Numbered from the stretch's first letter, positions 21,674 through 31,653 are shown. The stretch is 64,000 nt of DNA from Alphaproteobacteria bacterium (GCA_963667785.2 CAXXMU010000001.1:384001-448000), one strand, 5' to 3'. The notes: generated from the letters alone by a model not told the origin. Numbers and translations are program-made.

Positions 21674-24235
21674 CTAGAACCGCCGGCTGTAGCGCGCGAG
21701 GATCGAGACTTCCCGTTCGCCCGCCACGTGTCCCGCGTCGTGCGAGGCGACCGCGGCCATGTGCGCCCGGCCGCCCGCCCAGGGACGCGAGTACGCGACC
21801 TCGAGGTCGAGTTGGCGGCCGGAGGGCTCGAGCCTCAGATCCGCCCGCTCGATCTCGACCCCTCCGCCGGGGCTCCGCCCGGACACCCACCGCAGCGCCG
21901 CGCGCCCCGCCTCGACGCGCAGCGGCTGCGACAGCCGGAACGCCAGCCGGTCGCCGCTCCGCCCGATATCCCGGCCCACGGCGCCCACCGCGAAGGCGCC
22001 GCTCCAGAGTCCCGATACCCCCCGCACGATGCCCTGGCGCAGACTGTCCGTCCGGTGCGTGCCGGCATGCGCGCTCCCCAACAGCGTCCAGTCCCCGCCC
22101 AGACGACGGGACGCCGTGAGGCCCGCGAGGATCGTCCCCGTCCCGAGCTCGCCGAAGGCGCCCTCGGGCCGGCTCCCCACCGCCCCGTCCGCTTCCGACA
22201 TCCATCCCGCCTGCAGTGCGAGGCCCGAATCGGCGAGCCCGCCGAAGCGGTACTCGGTGAGGGCGCCCGCGATCCCGTCGCTGCGCGCATCGGGCTGGCC
22301 GCCGTCCGGCCCCGTGGCCGCGAACGCCGCGATCCGGAGCGAGCCGGTGCCCAGGGGCGACGCCAGGCCGAGGCTGGTCCCGTCGCGGGCGAAGCCGAGA
22401 TACGGATTGGCGAATGCGCCGGCGTCGGCGAACGTGCCCGGCGCGAGCTCTCCCGCTTCCGGGCCGAACCGCGAGGCCAGCCGGCTGCGGTATCCGAACT
22501 CAAGTTGGCGGCTGCCGAAGTCGTGCATGACCGACAGCGACGCGAGCGCGGCCAAGCCGTCACCGACATCGGCACCGTGCGCGGCCGGGACGACATCGAG
22601 GCGCACCTGCAAGTCGTGCCCGTCCACCTCCCACGGCGTCCCCCGGGGATCGCGCCCCAATGCTCTCAGGCGGTCTGCGAGCGAGGAGCCGGCGAACCCC
22701 GCCAGCCGAAGGTAGTCGTCGAGGCGGCGGAAGAACGGTGCATCGAGCTCGTCGAAGCTCGCCACGTGCGCCGAGGCGAGTCCGCGTGCGAGCGAGTCCC
22801 CGAAGGCCGGGCCCAGGTAGAGCGCGCTCTGCGCCTCCGGCGACGATGCGCCGGAGAGCGAGACGCCGGTCAGCATCCGCTGTCCCCCGACCGGCCGGGT
22901 GGCCGTATCGAGGTCCAGGAAGCCTTGGCCGTACACGTCGGCGTCCGCGTACACGCCCGTCCTGTCGGCAGTGGCGAGAATGCGCTCCACGATCTCGTCA
23001 TTGCCGAGCTGATTGCGAAAATGCTGGGCGAGAAGCCCGATCCCGCCCGTCACGAACGGTGCCGCCGACGAGGTGCCGGCCTCTTCGACCGTAATGAAAC
23101 ACTGCGATGCGCCGGCCTCGCAGTGGAACGCCGGTGCCGGACCCGTGATGTCCACGCCGGGTGCCGCCAGACAGAACGCCTTGGCGATCCCGCAGCGGTT
23201 GGAGAAGTCGGCGATCGTGCCATCCGGGTTCGTCGCCACGACCGCCAGCGAATGGCCCCGTAGCTCCGGGAGCCGCACCGAAAGCCCGGGCAGGGGCTCG
23301 ACCGAGCTCGCCGACACCGGCGACCCGTCCGGTCCGATCTCGCCGTGGGCGTTGCCGGCCGCCCAGACGTAGATCGTGCGCTCGGCGGCCGCGGCATCCG
23401 CCTGCGCCATCGCCGCGATGGCGTTGGGAAAGCGTTCCCGCAGCTCCTGTGCGTCGAAGTCCTCGATGTTGCCGGGAACGCCGAAGCTGCAGTTGACCGC
23501 CGTCACCCGGCCGTTCAGCCGGGAGAAGGCAATCCCGGTGTCCCGCTCCAGTTCCCTCTCGAGCTGCGCTTCGACATCGAGGACCCGCGCCTGGAGCTCC
23601 TCGATCTGCTCGGGCGTGGGGTTCTCCGGGTACTCCGCAACGATCTCGTCGATGACCTCCTCCAGGTCGCGCGATCCCACGCCCACCGATATGACCCTGG
23701 CGTCGAACGCGACCCCGTGAACGGGCGGCCCGCCTGCCGCGTCCGTCTCCGGAGTCTCCTGCCGTGCGGCGGCCATGATGCCCGCGACCAGCGTTCCATG
23801 TCCCAGCCCGCTGAAGCACGTGCCGTCGGGGCCGACCTCGTCGCAGGTGCCGAAGTCGGGGTCGTAGTCCCCGACGTAGCTCGCTTCGAGCTTGCCTTCG
23901 AACTTGGGGTGATCGGGATCGACCCCGGTGTCGACGATCCCGAGCGTCACGCCCTCGCCGGTCGCGCCGCGGGCGTAGGCGTAGTGCGCCTTGATCCGGG
24001 CGAGCCCATCCTGGTTGCGGAACTCCTCGTGGCTGGCGTACTCCCCGCGCCGTTGCTCTTCCGTCTCGGGATCGGGGGTTCCGTCGACTAGGCGCACCGT
24101 CGTGCTGGTACCGCAACCCGCGAGCGCCAGGGCGAGAATCAGGACGACGGCGGGGGCTCCCGCCGCTCGGGCCGCCGCCCGGCGGGCTCGCGGTTTCGAA
24201 GCCGTGTGTCGGGTCGCCCACCCCACGCGTGTCAT
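21674..24235 (-). CDS. S8 (subtilisin-like) serine peptidase, lipoprotein, with a C-terminal beta-barrel-like region
   Basis: Lipobox LALAGC; catalytic triad IVDTGV / HGTLVAG / GTSSAAP; VWAAGN; ends in alternating strands and terminal F. Confidence 0.88.
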   Translation of the reverse strand: MTRVGWATRHTASKPRARRAAARAAGAPAVVLILALALAGCGTSTTVRLVDGTPDPETEEQRRGEYASHEEFRNQDGLARIKAHYAYARGATGEGVTLGIVDTGVDPDHPKFEGKLEASYVGDYDPDFGTCDEVGPDGTCFSGLGHGTLVAGIMAAARQETPETDAAGGPPVHGVAFDARVISVGVGSRDLEEVIDEIVAEYPENPTPEQIEELQARVLDVEAQLERELERDTGIAFSRLNGRVTAVNCSFGVPGNIEDFDAQELRERFPNAIAAMAQADAAAAERTIYVWAAGNAHGEIGPDGSPVSASSVEPLPGLSVRLPELRGHSLAVVATNPDGTIADFSNRCGIAKAFCLAAPGVDITGPAPAFHCEAGASQCFITVEEAGTSSAAPFVTGGIGLLAQHFRNQLGNDEIVERILATADRTGVYADADVYGQGFLDLDTATRPVGGQRMLTGVSLSGASSPEAQSALYLGPAFGDSLARGLASAHVASFDELDAPFFRRLDDYLRLAGFAGSSLADRLRALGRDPRGTPWEVDGHDLQVRLDVVPAAHGADVGDGLAALASLSVMHDFGSRQLEFGYRSRLASRFGPEAGELAPGTFADAGAFANPYLGFARDGTSLGLASPLGTGSLRIAAFAATGPDGGQPDARSDGIAGALTEYRFGGLADSGLALQAGWMSEADGAVGSRPEGAFGELGTGTILAGLTASRRLGGDWTLLGSAHAGTHRTDSLRQGIVRGVSGLWSGAFAVGAVGRDIGRSGDRLAFRLSQPLRVEAGRAALRWVSGRSPGGGVEIERADLRLEPSGRQLDLEVAYSRPWAGGRAHMAAVASHDAGHVAGEREVSILARYSRRF

Positions 24236-24529
24236 CGGTTCCTTGCCCCTCGCCGTTTCGGAGTCAGTCCCGGACAATCCGTCGATGACCCACCCGCGCA
24301 GCGGTGTGCAGGAGCGTAGCCGCATACGGGGACAATAGGCGGAACAGTGTGAAAATTGTGTGCTATATCGACTAAAGTAAGTATCTTTTCCGTATATTTC
24401 ATCGGCTCCGGGTAAGCGGTAAGAGCGCACCACCCTCGACGTCAAGTCGGACTTGAGGTGGGCGTAGGGTGTTGTTAAGCGTGGAAAACTGACCCCCTAT
24501 TGGAGTGGGCCCCAGGGGCCCCCTCCAGT

Positions 24530-24660
24530 CTCGACGGTTGCGACGATCGCATCCTGTCGCTCTATGCGCGCGGCATGACGGTGCGCGAGATCCAGGGTCA
24601 CCTGCGGGAGCTCTACGGCGTCGCGGTCTCGCCTGACCTGATCAGCCGGGTGCCGAACGC
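24530..24660 (+). pseudogene. IS256-family transposase fragment
   Basis: DDRILSLYARGMTVREIQGHLRELYGVAVSPDLISRV is typical of IS256 transposases; no start, truncated. Confidence 0.8.
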
Positions 24661-24734
24661 GATTGTTACCTGCAACTCGCACGCACCGACGTGCGCGAAT
24701 GGATACGGCAGGCCTCGCCGGGTCGGCCCTCCTG

Positions 24735-24876
24735 CGCCGGCGGTGCGGCATCGCCACCAAGCACCTCGACAGCTATCTCAGGCGGTTCCATCTCATCGCT
24801 CTCGGCAATCCGCCCGCCGAGAGCGTGTCTCGAGGCGGCGATGACCAACCCAGGTCTACGTTTCGCAAACTGAGCC
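24735..24876 (+). pseudogene. IS1595-family transposase C-terminal remnant with possible right end
   Basis: RRRCGIATKHLDSYLRRFHL resembles the ISXO2-like C-terminus; ends in TTTCGCAAACTGAGCC followed by AT-rich TAATTTTT. Confidence 0.6.
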
Positions 24877-25239
24877 TAATTTTTGGCCAATTTCCCCAAA
24901 GTTGGGGACGCGAGAAAATCTGAAGTCTTCTAATACTTGTAATGACAGGGGCCCAGGCACTGCGCGGAACAATGTCTTGTCGTTTCCGCCGGGAGTTGAT
25001 GACAGCGAGTGTGCAAAGGAAGCCCATGAGGTGCGGCGTCGTCCCGGCCTTACGCGCCTACGTCGGAACCCGGCTGATGCGAAGAGCCGTCGAGGCGCCC
25101 GCACGGCGTGGCGCCGGACGCGATTCTTCCCGGCGACCCGCACGCGCTGTCGTGGGCGAACGGTTCCTGCAGGCCTTGCCGGGCCGGCTCTTCACCCATG
25201 CTGCCACCCCGGTCCCGGCTTCCGGAAAGGACGTGTGAA
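24861..25239 (+). repeat. About 380-bp leader, copy A (upstream of Cys-rich paralog 1)
   Basis: Aligns over its whole length to 27303-27681; its 3' ~143 bp recur at 25942-26084, and a partial copy lies at ~24670-24730. Confidence 0.88.
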
Positions 25240-25878
25240 ATGAAGACGCGACGATCGATTCTCGGCCTGTTGGCATTCGCAGCGATCATGGTCGTGGCGG
25301 GCGCAGCCCACGCTGACTGCTGGGGCGACAATAGAGTGACTTTTCATCATTCCGAGTGTCTGCACGGCTGGTGGGACAATAATGACTGGCCCAGAAAAAG
25401 TACTTTCGGAGCTCAAGTTCAAAACGATTGCCACCTATGGGGCACGGTGGTTGCTAAAGTTGACCTGGCGAGTTGCTCGGACAAGACGTGGCACCTCAAC
25501 AACACCAGTAAGAGAAGAGGCAGTGAAGCTTGTCGAGTCAACGGCATCCATTGCTGCAAAGATGTCGGAGACTTGTGCAACAAGAGCGATCTCGTGACCA
25601 TAGATGGGTGCACGAGCCAGTGGAACAGCAGTCCCGCAAGCGATACGTGCTACCTTTCAGGCGGTGAAACTACTGTGTTCGGCACGATAATGGGAACTGG
25701 TGTGCAATCCGTCACCGCGTCGAGCGCCAACTACACGTGCAGTTTCTGGGCCAAATGCCAGCAAATAGGACCCGACTGGACCCAGCAGGAAAACGCGACT
25801 TCGATCAAGGACGTGCACTGGCTCGATGCTGACGATGTGGTCAATTGCAATGGGGTGTTGAAGGAAGATTCGTGTTGA
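25240..25878 (+). CDS. Secreted cysteine-rich protein, paralog 1 (14 Cys)
   Basis: RBS GAAAGGA; Sec signal MKTRRSILGLLAFAAIMVVAGAAHA; homologous to the two downstream genes. Confidence 0.88.
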   Translation: MKTRRSILGLLAFAAIMVVAGAAHADCWGDNRVTFHHSECLHGWWDNNDWPRKSTFGAQVQNDCHLWGTVVAKVDLASCSDKTWHLNNTSKRRGSEACRVNGIHCCKDVGDLCNKSDLVTIDGCTSQWNSSPASDTCYLSGGETTVFGTIMGTGVQSVTASSANYTCSFWAKCQQIGPDWTQQENATSIKDVHWLDADDVVNCNGVLKEDSC

Positions 25879-25941
25879 AGCAAGGGTGAAGACCACGTGC
25901 CTGACGGAAGTTCGTTCCTGGCAGGCGGGGTGGGGAGGGGA

Positions 25942-26084
25942 GCCCGCACGACGTGGCGCCGGACGCGATTCTTCCCGGCGACCCGCACGCGCCGTCGTGG
26001 GCGAACGATCCCTGCAGGCCTTGCCGAGCCGGCGCTTGACCTATGCCGCCACCCCGGTCCCAGCTTCCGGAAAGGACGCGTGAC
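25942..26084 (+). repeat. Partial leader copy upstream of paralog 2
   Basis: Closely similar to 25097-25239. Confidence 0.85.
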
Positions 26085-26729
26085 ATGAAGATGCGACGAT
26101 CGATTCTCAGCCTGTTGGCATTCGCAGCGATCATGGTCGTTGCGGGCGCAGCCTACGCCTCCTGCACGGGCAGCAATAGAGTGAGTTTTCATCAGGCCGA
26201 GTGTCTGCATGGCTGGTGGGACAACAACCCATGGCCCGCGAAAAGCACCTTCGCAGTTCGAGTTAAAAACGATTGCCATCTATGGGGCACGGTGGTTGCC
26301 AAAATTGACCTGGCGAGTTGCTCGGACAAGACGTGGCACCTCAACGACACCAATAGGAGAAGGGGCAGTGAACGTTGTACAGTCAACGGCATCCATTGCT
26401 GCAAAGATGTTGGAGACTTGTGCAACAAGAGCGATCTCGTGACCATAGCGGGGTGCACGAGCCAATGGAACAGCAGCCCCGCAAGCGATACATGTGATCT
26501 CTCAGATGGGTCGACGTCGTCCGTCACTGCGGACACGGACGACCACACGTGCGATTTCTGGGCGAATTGCCAGTACACGGCGGACGACGGGACCACCCAG
26601 GAAAAAGCGACTTCGATCGGAGACGTGCACTGGCTCGATTCTGACAACCTGGTCAATTGCAATGGGGAGTTGAAGAAAAGTTACAATGATTGTACGTCAA
26701 CGGATGTAGTTCCGAATTGGCGACCATGA
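26085..26729 (+). CDS. Secreted cysteine-rich protein, paralog 2 (14 Cys)
   Basis: Signal peptide ending AAYA; long stretches identical to paralog 1 (NDCHLWGTVVAK, GIHCCKDVGDLCNKSDLVTI). Confidence 0.88.
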   Translation: MKMRRSILSLLAFAAIMVVAGAAYASCTGSNRVSFHQAECLHGWWDNNPWPAKSTFAVRVKNDCHLWGTVVAKIDLASCSDKTWHLNDTNRRRGSERCTVNGIHCCKDVGDLCNKSDLVTIAGCTSQWNSSPASDTCDLSDGSTSSVTADTDDHTCDFWANCQYTADDGTTQEKATSIGDVHWLDSDNLVNCNGELKKSYNDCTSTDVVPNWRP

Positions 26730-27302
26730 GAACCGCTTGCAAAACTCCCGGTCGCGATTGCCCATGAAGGTATCAATGCGAGAATTTGCCTAAGCTGCAA
26801 GCAAAACAGGGCGGAACTCTCTTCCGTCTCTCCAATGTCGAGAGCTGATCTGGCGACGGCGAGCCGATTCGACGGTGAGGGCCGTGTGCCAGGCGGATGA
26901 TGATGGCAACACCTTCATCGGGAAAGGAGCGACGCGCCATGGCAACCGAAAGTAGGATTCGCCGGAGGGGGGCCTGCGGGATTTCGCGGGATGGCGAGGG
27001 ATTCCGGCGGGACAGGCGGCCTTCATGTCCCACGCCGCCGCCGGCCTCCCCTCCCGCGCGCCGCTCCTTTCCGCTTGCCTGCGCCCTCGCCCATCATGCC
27101 GCCACTCTCGCACGACCGCCCCACGCTCTGCATCGCACCATGGTGCGGGGTATCCGGTCCTGTAAGCGCGCGCCAACCGACAAGAGGTCGGCCAAAGAGA
27201 GGGTCGGAAAGCAGGTCTGAAGCGCCCCCTGAATCAACCGCTCGATGTAGTCGCGGTCCTTGGGGGTCAATTTTCCATGCTTAACAACACACCACGCCTG
27301 AA

Positions 27303-27681
27303 TTTCGCAAAATGAGCCTAATTTTTTGACCAATTTCCCCAAAGTTGGGGACGCGAGAAAATCTGAAGTCTTCTAATACTTGTGCTGACAGGGGTCGAGG
27401 CACCGCGCGGAACGACGTCTTGTCGTTTCCGCTAGGAGCCGTTGACAGCGAGTGTGCAAAGGGAGCCCACGAGGTGCAGCGTCATCTCAGACTTACGCGC
27501 CTTTGTCGGAACCCGGTTGGCGCGACGAGCCGTCGGTGCGCGCACGACCTGAGTGCCGGATGCGACTCTTCCCTTCAACTTGCACGCATCGGCGTGGGCG
27601 AACGAACGCGGCAGGCCTCGCCGAGTCGGTCCGCCGGACACGTCGCTACCCTGTTCCCAGCGTCCAGAAAGGAAATGTGAA
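27303..27681 (+). repeat. About 380-bp leader, copy B (upstream of paralog 3)
   Basis: Homologous to 24861-25239, including the identical block CCAATTTCCCCAAAGTTGGGGACGCGAGAAAATCTGAAGTCTTCTAATACTTGT. Confidence 0.88.
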
Positions 27682-28290
27682 ATGAAAACGCGATACCCAA
27701 TTCTCGGCTTGCTGGCATTCGTATTGATCGTGGCCATTGCGGGCGCAGCCTACGCCTCGTGCACAGGCAGCAACAGGATCACTCGCAGCAACGCCGAGTG
27801 TCTTTCAGGCTGGTGGAACAACAAGAGTTGGCCAAGTAACTCGACCTTTGGCGCGCAGAATCTGTGCCCGGACTGGGGAAAGGTCGTCGCGAAAGTGGAC
27901 ATCAAAAACGCCGGCGACAGGACGTGGCATCTCGCCGACGGCGGCAAGAGGCGCGGCAGCACCTCAAGCACGGTCCGTGACATATACTGCTGCAAGGATC
28001 TCGGCGACAAGATGTGCAACAAGGCTGACAGGGTCTCGGTGGATAGTTGCAAGACGCAGTTCGAGAAAAGCGCTGCCGACGACGACTGCGATCTCGACGG
28101 CGATCCGACCCTCGATGGTACTTCGTCTTGCGTGTTCGATATGACGTGCAACTATACAGGAAATGGTGGGGTAAACTACGAGTACGAGGGCAAACTCGGT
28201 TTATCCTGGCACCGCGCCGATGAGATCGTATTCTGCGGTGAACACATCGGAATACAACCGAGGATGTGGTTGACCACCGGCAGTTGCTGA
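27682..28290 (+). CDS. Secreted cysteine-rich protein, paralog 3 (12 Cys)
   Basis: Signal peptide ending AAYA; ECLSGWWNN..WP..STFGA, WG.VVAKVD, TWHL, RRGS, CCKDLGD.MCNK shared with paralogs 1 and 2. Confidence 0.88.
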   Translation: MKTRYPILGLLAFVLIVAIAGAAYASCTGSNRITRSNAECLSGWWNNKSWPSNSTFGAQNLCPDWGKVVAKVDIKNAGDRTWHLADGGKRRGSTSSTVRDIYCCKDLGDKMCNKADRVSVDSCKTQFEKSAADDDCDLDGDPTLDGTSSCVFDMTCNYTGNGGVNYEYEGKLGLSWHRADEIVFCGEHIGIQPRMWLTTGSC

Positions 28291-28405
28291 GCGCCTGACG
28301 ATGGCCGATAGCGGCGCGGCGGCATTCGCTGTTCGGCGTCGGCCGTCGCAGGGCGTTTCGTCCAGGCGAATCGCTGTCCGGACCGGATCGGTCCGGTTGT
28401 GAACG

Positions 28406-29872
28406 ATGAGCGAAGACGAACGGCGCCTAGGGTCCTGGCAGGGTGCCATCCTCCCGATGCGGCCCTGCATGCCCGCGTTCGTGCTGCTGCTCCTCGTGCC
28501 GCTGTTGGTGGCCTCCTGGTTGCCGGCGTCTGGACAGGCGCAGGAGGACGGCGGAGGGGCGGCACTCGAGCTGACGCTGGACGACGCGATCCGGCTGGCG
28601 CTGCATAACAACCGGGACCTGCTGGATGCGCGCCTCTCCCGCACCAACCAGGAGTTCTCCCTGGATGTGGCCGAGGACCGATACCGGCCGACGGCCGCCT
28701 TCAGCCCGGTCGTGCGGGCGGCGCGGGAGCGGGACACGACGGCGGAGCTTGCCGCCGAGACGGGGCTTCGGATCGAGACCGGCGGGCAGTTCTCGTTGCG
28801 CTTCTCGGAGCCCGTTGCGGGCCCGGACGACGCCGACGGGAGAGTCTCGCTCAGCTTCTCGCAGCCGCTGCTGCGGGGCTTCGGGATCGACATCGATACC
28901 GCCCCGCTGCGCATCGCCCGCCTCGGCGACAGGATCAGCGTCCTGGCGTTCCGCGAGACCATCGCCGGCGTCGTGGTCTCCACCATCAATGCGTGGCGCA
29001 ACCTGGTGCGGGCCAGGCGGCAGCTGGAGATCGGCGAGGCCTCGCTGGTGCGCGCCCGCCAGCAGCTCGAGACCAACCGCACGCTGATCGAGGCAGGCCA
29101 GATGGCGGCGCGGGAGATTCTGCAGAGCGAGGCGGACGTCGCGGACCGTGAGCTTGGCCTGGTGCAGACGCGGAACGGCGTGACGACGGCCAACTTCGGA
29201 CTGATCGACATCCTCGATATCGACAGCGCGACGGTGGTCCGCCCGATGGAGTTGCCCGCCGCGCCGCGGCCAACGCTCTCGCTGGCCGACGCGATCGAGA
29301 CGGCGCTCCGACAGTCGCCCCGCTATGCGCGCGCGCTGCTGAACAGGGAGATCGCGGAGATCGACCTGGAGTTGGCCGAGGACAACCAGCTCTGGGATAT
29401 GTCGCTGGATGCCGACGTGTCTCGGGGCGTGGGCGGGGGTGCCGGGGAGACGCACTATTCCGCGGGCCTGCGTCTGACCATCCCGCTGTGGGACCGCGAG
29501 CCCGAGCTCGGTCTCAGAGCGGCGCAGGCCGGGGTCACGCAGGCCGAGCGCGGGCTGGTGGAGCTGCGCCAGTCGATGGACATCCAGGTGCGCCAGGCAG
29601 TGCACGACGTTGAGGTGGGACTCAGGCAGATCGAGCTCGCCCGGCAGGCGCTCAGACTATCGGAGGAGAAGCTCGCGATCGAGCAGAGCAAGCTGCAACA
29701 GGGCCTGTCCTCCATCTTCCAGCTCGCCCGCTTCGAGGATGACCTGGTGCGGGCGCAGAACGCCGAGGTGGACGCACTCGTCGACTACGAGAACGCGCTG
29801 ACGGCGCTGGACCAGACGCTGGGCACGACGCTCGAGACCTGGGGCATCGCGGTGGAGCAGGTGGGGCGATGA
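28406..29872 (+). CDS. TolC-family outer membrane channel
   Basis: LTLDDAIRLALHNN, FSQPLLRGFG, LTIPLWD, two OEP-like helical repeats. Confidence 0.9.
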   Translation: MSEDERRLGSWQGAILPMRPCMPAFVLLLLVPLLVASWLPASGQAQEDGGGAALELTLDDAIRLALHNNRDLLDARLSRTNQEFSLDVAEDRYRPTAAFSPVVRAARERDTTAELAAETGLRIETGGQFSLRFSEPVAGPDDADGRVSLSFSQPLLRGFGIDIDTAPLRIARLGDRISVLAFRETIAGVVVSTINAWRNLVRARRQLEIGEASLVRARQQLETNRTLIEAGQMAAREILQSEADVADRELGLVQTRNGVTTANFGLIDILDIDSATVVRPMELPAAPRPTLSLADAIETALRQSPRYARALLNREIAEIDLELAEDNQLWDMSLDADVSRGVGGGAGETHYSAGLRLTIPLWDREPELGLRAAQAGVTQAERGLVELRQSMDIQVRQAVHDVEVGLRQIELARQALRLSEEKLAIEQSKLQQGLSSIFQLARFEDDLVRAQNAEVDALVDYENALTALDQTLGTTLETWGIAVEQVGR

Positions 29873-31653
29873 CGGAGCCGCACACGGACGTCCACGGGCG
29901 CGTGCTGGAGAACCTGCTCGACGGGGTGATGGTGGTCGAGCTCGGCGGCACCATCGCGGTGTTCAATGCGGCGGCCGGCCGTATCCTGGGCATGGCGTCG
30001 GACGAGGTGCTTGGGAAGAGCTTCGCCGAGCTGTTCGTCCCGCACGAGGAGCTGGAAGAGTTCAGCGAGCTCGTGCTCGGCACCGTCGCGGGCGAAGGCG
30101 CGAGCGGCCGGCAGGTGGTGACGCTCGATCCCGGCGGCCAGCCGCGCTCGCTCTCGGTTGCGACCTCCTACATCAGGCAGACCGTCGACGGCGCGTCGGT
30201 GCCGATGGCGCTGGTCGCCGTCTTCAGCGACATCACCGAGCTCAGGGAGTTGCGCGAGACAGAGCTGCGCATGGCGAAGGAGGTGGAGGCGCAGCACACC
30301 GAGCTGCAGTCCGCCTACCGCCAGATCGAGGAGCGCAACGAGACCCTGGCCCGGATGCTGAAGAAGGTCCAGGTGGCGCGGATCATGGCGACGGTGTTGG
30401 TGATCGGCGTGTTCCTGGGGGCCGGCACCTACGTGTGGCAGCCGTTCGACCACGTCGATCTGCCGTTCATCGGCGACTCGTCGGGCTCGTCGATGATCGC
30501 CGAGGCCGGTGCCGATACCGAGAGCGGCCTCTACACCCTGACGGTGGAGCCCGAGCCGGTGCGCGAGACGATCTCGCTGTCTGGACGGCTCGAGCCGTGG
30601 CGGTCGGTCGCGGTGACGAGCCCGCTGGCGAGCCAGATCGCCGTCGTGCACTTCCGCCAGGGCCAGGAGGTGAAGGAGGGCGACCTTCTGATCGAGCTCA
30701 ACACGTCGGAGGCGGTCCGCCTGCACCGCGAGGCGCAGGTGAAGCACATCGAGGCGCTGAGAGCGTTCGAGACCGTCAGGGACTGGGAGAGCGGGTCCGA
30801 GATGGCCGAGGCCCGGCGCTCCTATGCGCGGGCGCGCATGGCGCTGGAGAGCCAGGAGAATCAGTTGAAGCGAGCCGCGTTTCTGCTGGAGCAGGGCCTG
30901 ATTCCCGCATCGGAGCACGAGGATGCGGAGCGCCAGTATCGGGGCCAGCTGCTGGACTTCGAGGCGGCCCAGGAGGATCTCGCCGCGGCGCGTGCCAGGG
31001 GCGGCGGGGAAGCGCTGGACAAGGCGGCGCTGGAGCTGAGGACCGCCGAGGAGGAGCTGCAGGAGCTGGCGCAGAGCCTGGGTCAGAGCCGCATCCATGC
31101 GCCGCTCTCGGGCGTCGTGCTGGCCCATTCCGGCACCTCGCGCCTGCAGGAAGGCAGGAACATCGGCAGGGGCGAGGTGCTGGCGACCATCGGCGACTTC
31201 AGCCGCATGGCGGCGACGGCCAAGGTCGACGAGGTGGACGTGGTGCGGATCGCGGTCGGCCAGCCAGTCTCGGTGACCGGCAATGCCTTCGGCGGCCTGC
31301 GCTTGCGGGGGACCGTGACCCACGTCGCTTCCCAGCCCGACCCCCGGTCGCGGGGCACGCCCCTGTTCGACGTGGCGGTGACGCTGGATCCGCTCGACGA
31401 GGAGCAAAAGGAGCGGATCCGCGCCGGCATGTCGAGCCGCCTCAGGATCGTCGTCTACAGCAAGGAGGCGGCGCTGATGGTGCCGCTCGAGGCGGTGGAG
31501 CAGCGGGGGCGCTCCTACTTGGTGAGCGTGGTCGACCCGTCGACCCGGGAGGTGGGCGAGCGGGAGGTGGTCATCGGACCGACCACCCAGGATTCGGTCG
31601 AGATCACGGCCGGGCTGCAGGCTGGCGACGAGATCGTGATTCGAGAACGATAA
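29869..31653 (+). CDS. Periplasmic adaptor (MFP/HlyD-like) with an N-terminal PAS domain
   Basis: PAS (VLENLLDGVMVV...FNAAAGRILG...VFSDITE), coiled coil, one TM, lipoyl hairpin (GQEVKEGDLL; IHAPLSGVV), GLQAGDEIV. Confidence 0.88.
   Translation: MTEPHTDVHGRVLENLLDGVMVVELGGTIAVFNAAAGRILGMASDEVLGKSFAELFVPHEELEEFSELVLGTVAGEGASGRQVVTLDPGGQPRSLSVATSYIRQTVDGASVPMALVAVFSDITELRELRETELRMAKEVEAQHTELQSAYRQIEERNETLARMLKKVQVARIMATVLVIGVFLGAGTYVWQPFDHVDLPFIGDSSGSSMIAEAGADTESGLYTLTVEPEPVRETISLSGRLEPWRSVAVTSPLASQIAVVHFRQGQEVKEGDLLIELNTSEAVRLHREAQVKHIEALRAFETVRDWESGSEMAEARRSYARARMALESQENQLKRAAFLLEQGLIPASEHEDAERQYRGQLLDFEAAQEDLAAARARGGGEALDKAALELRTAEEELQELAQSLGQSRIHAPLSGVVLAHSGTSRLQEGRNIGRGEVLATIGDFSRMAATAKVDEVDVVRIAVGQPVSVTGNAFGGLRLRGTVTHVASQPDPRSRGTPLFDVAVTLDPLDEEQKERIRAGMSSRLRIVVYSKEAALMVPLEAVEQRGRSYLVSVVDPSTREVGEREVVIGPTTQDSVEITAGLQAGDEIVIRER

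Noticed and set aside
25240-28290. Diversity-generating retroelement acting on the Cys-rich paralogs
   Set aside because: No reverse transcriptase in the window; the differences include indels and non-adenine substitutions, consistent with ordinary duplication and divergence
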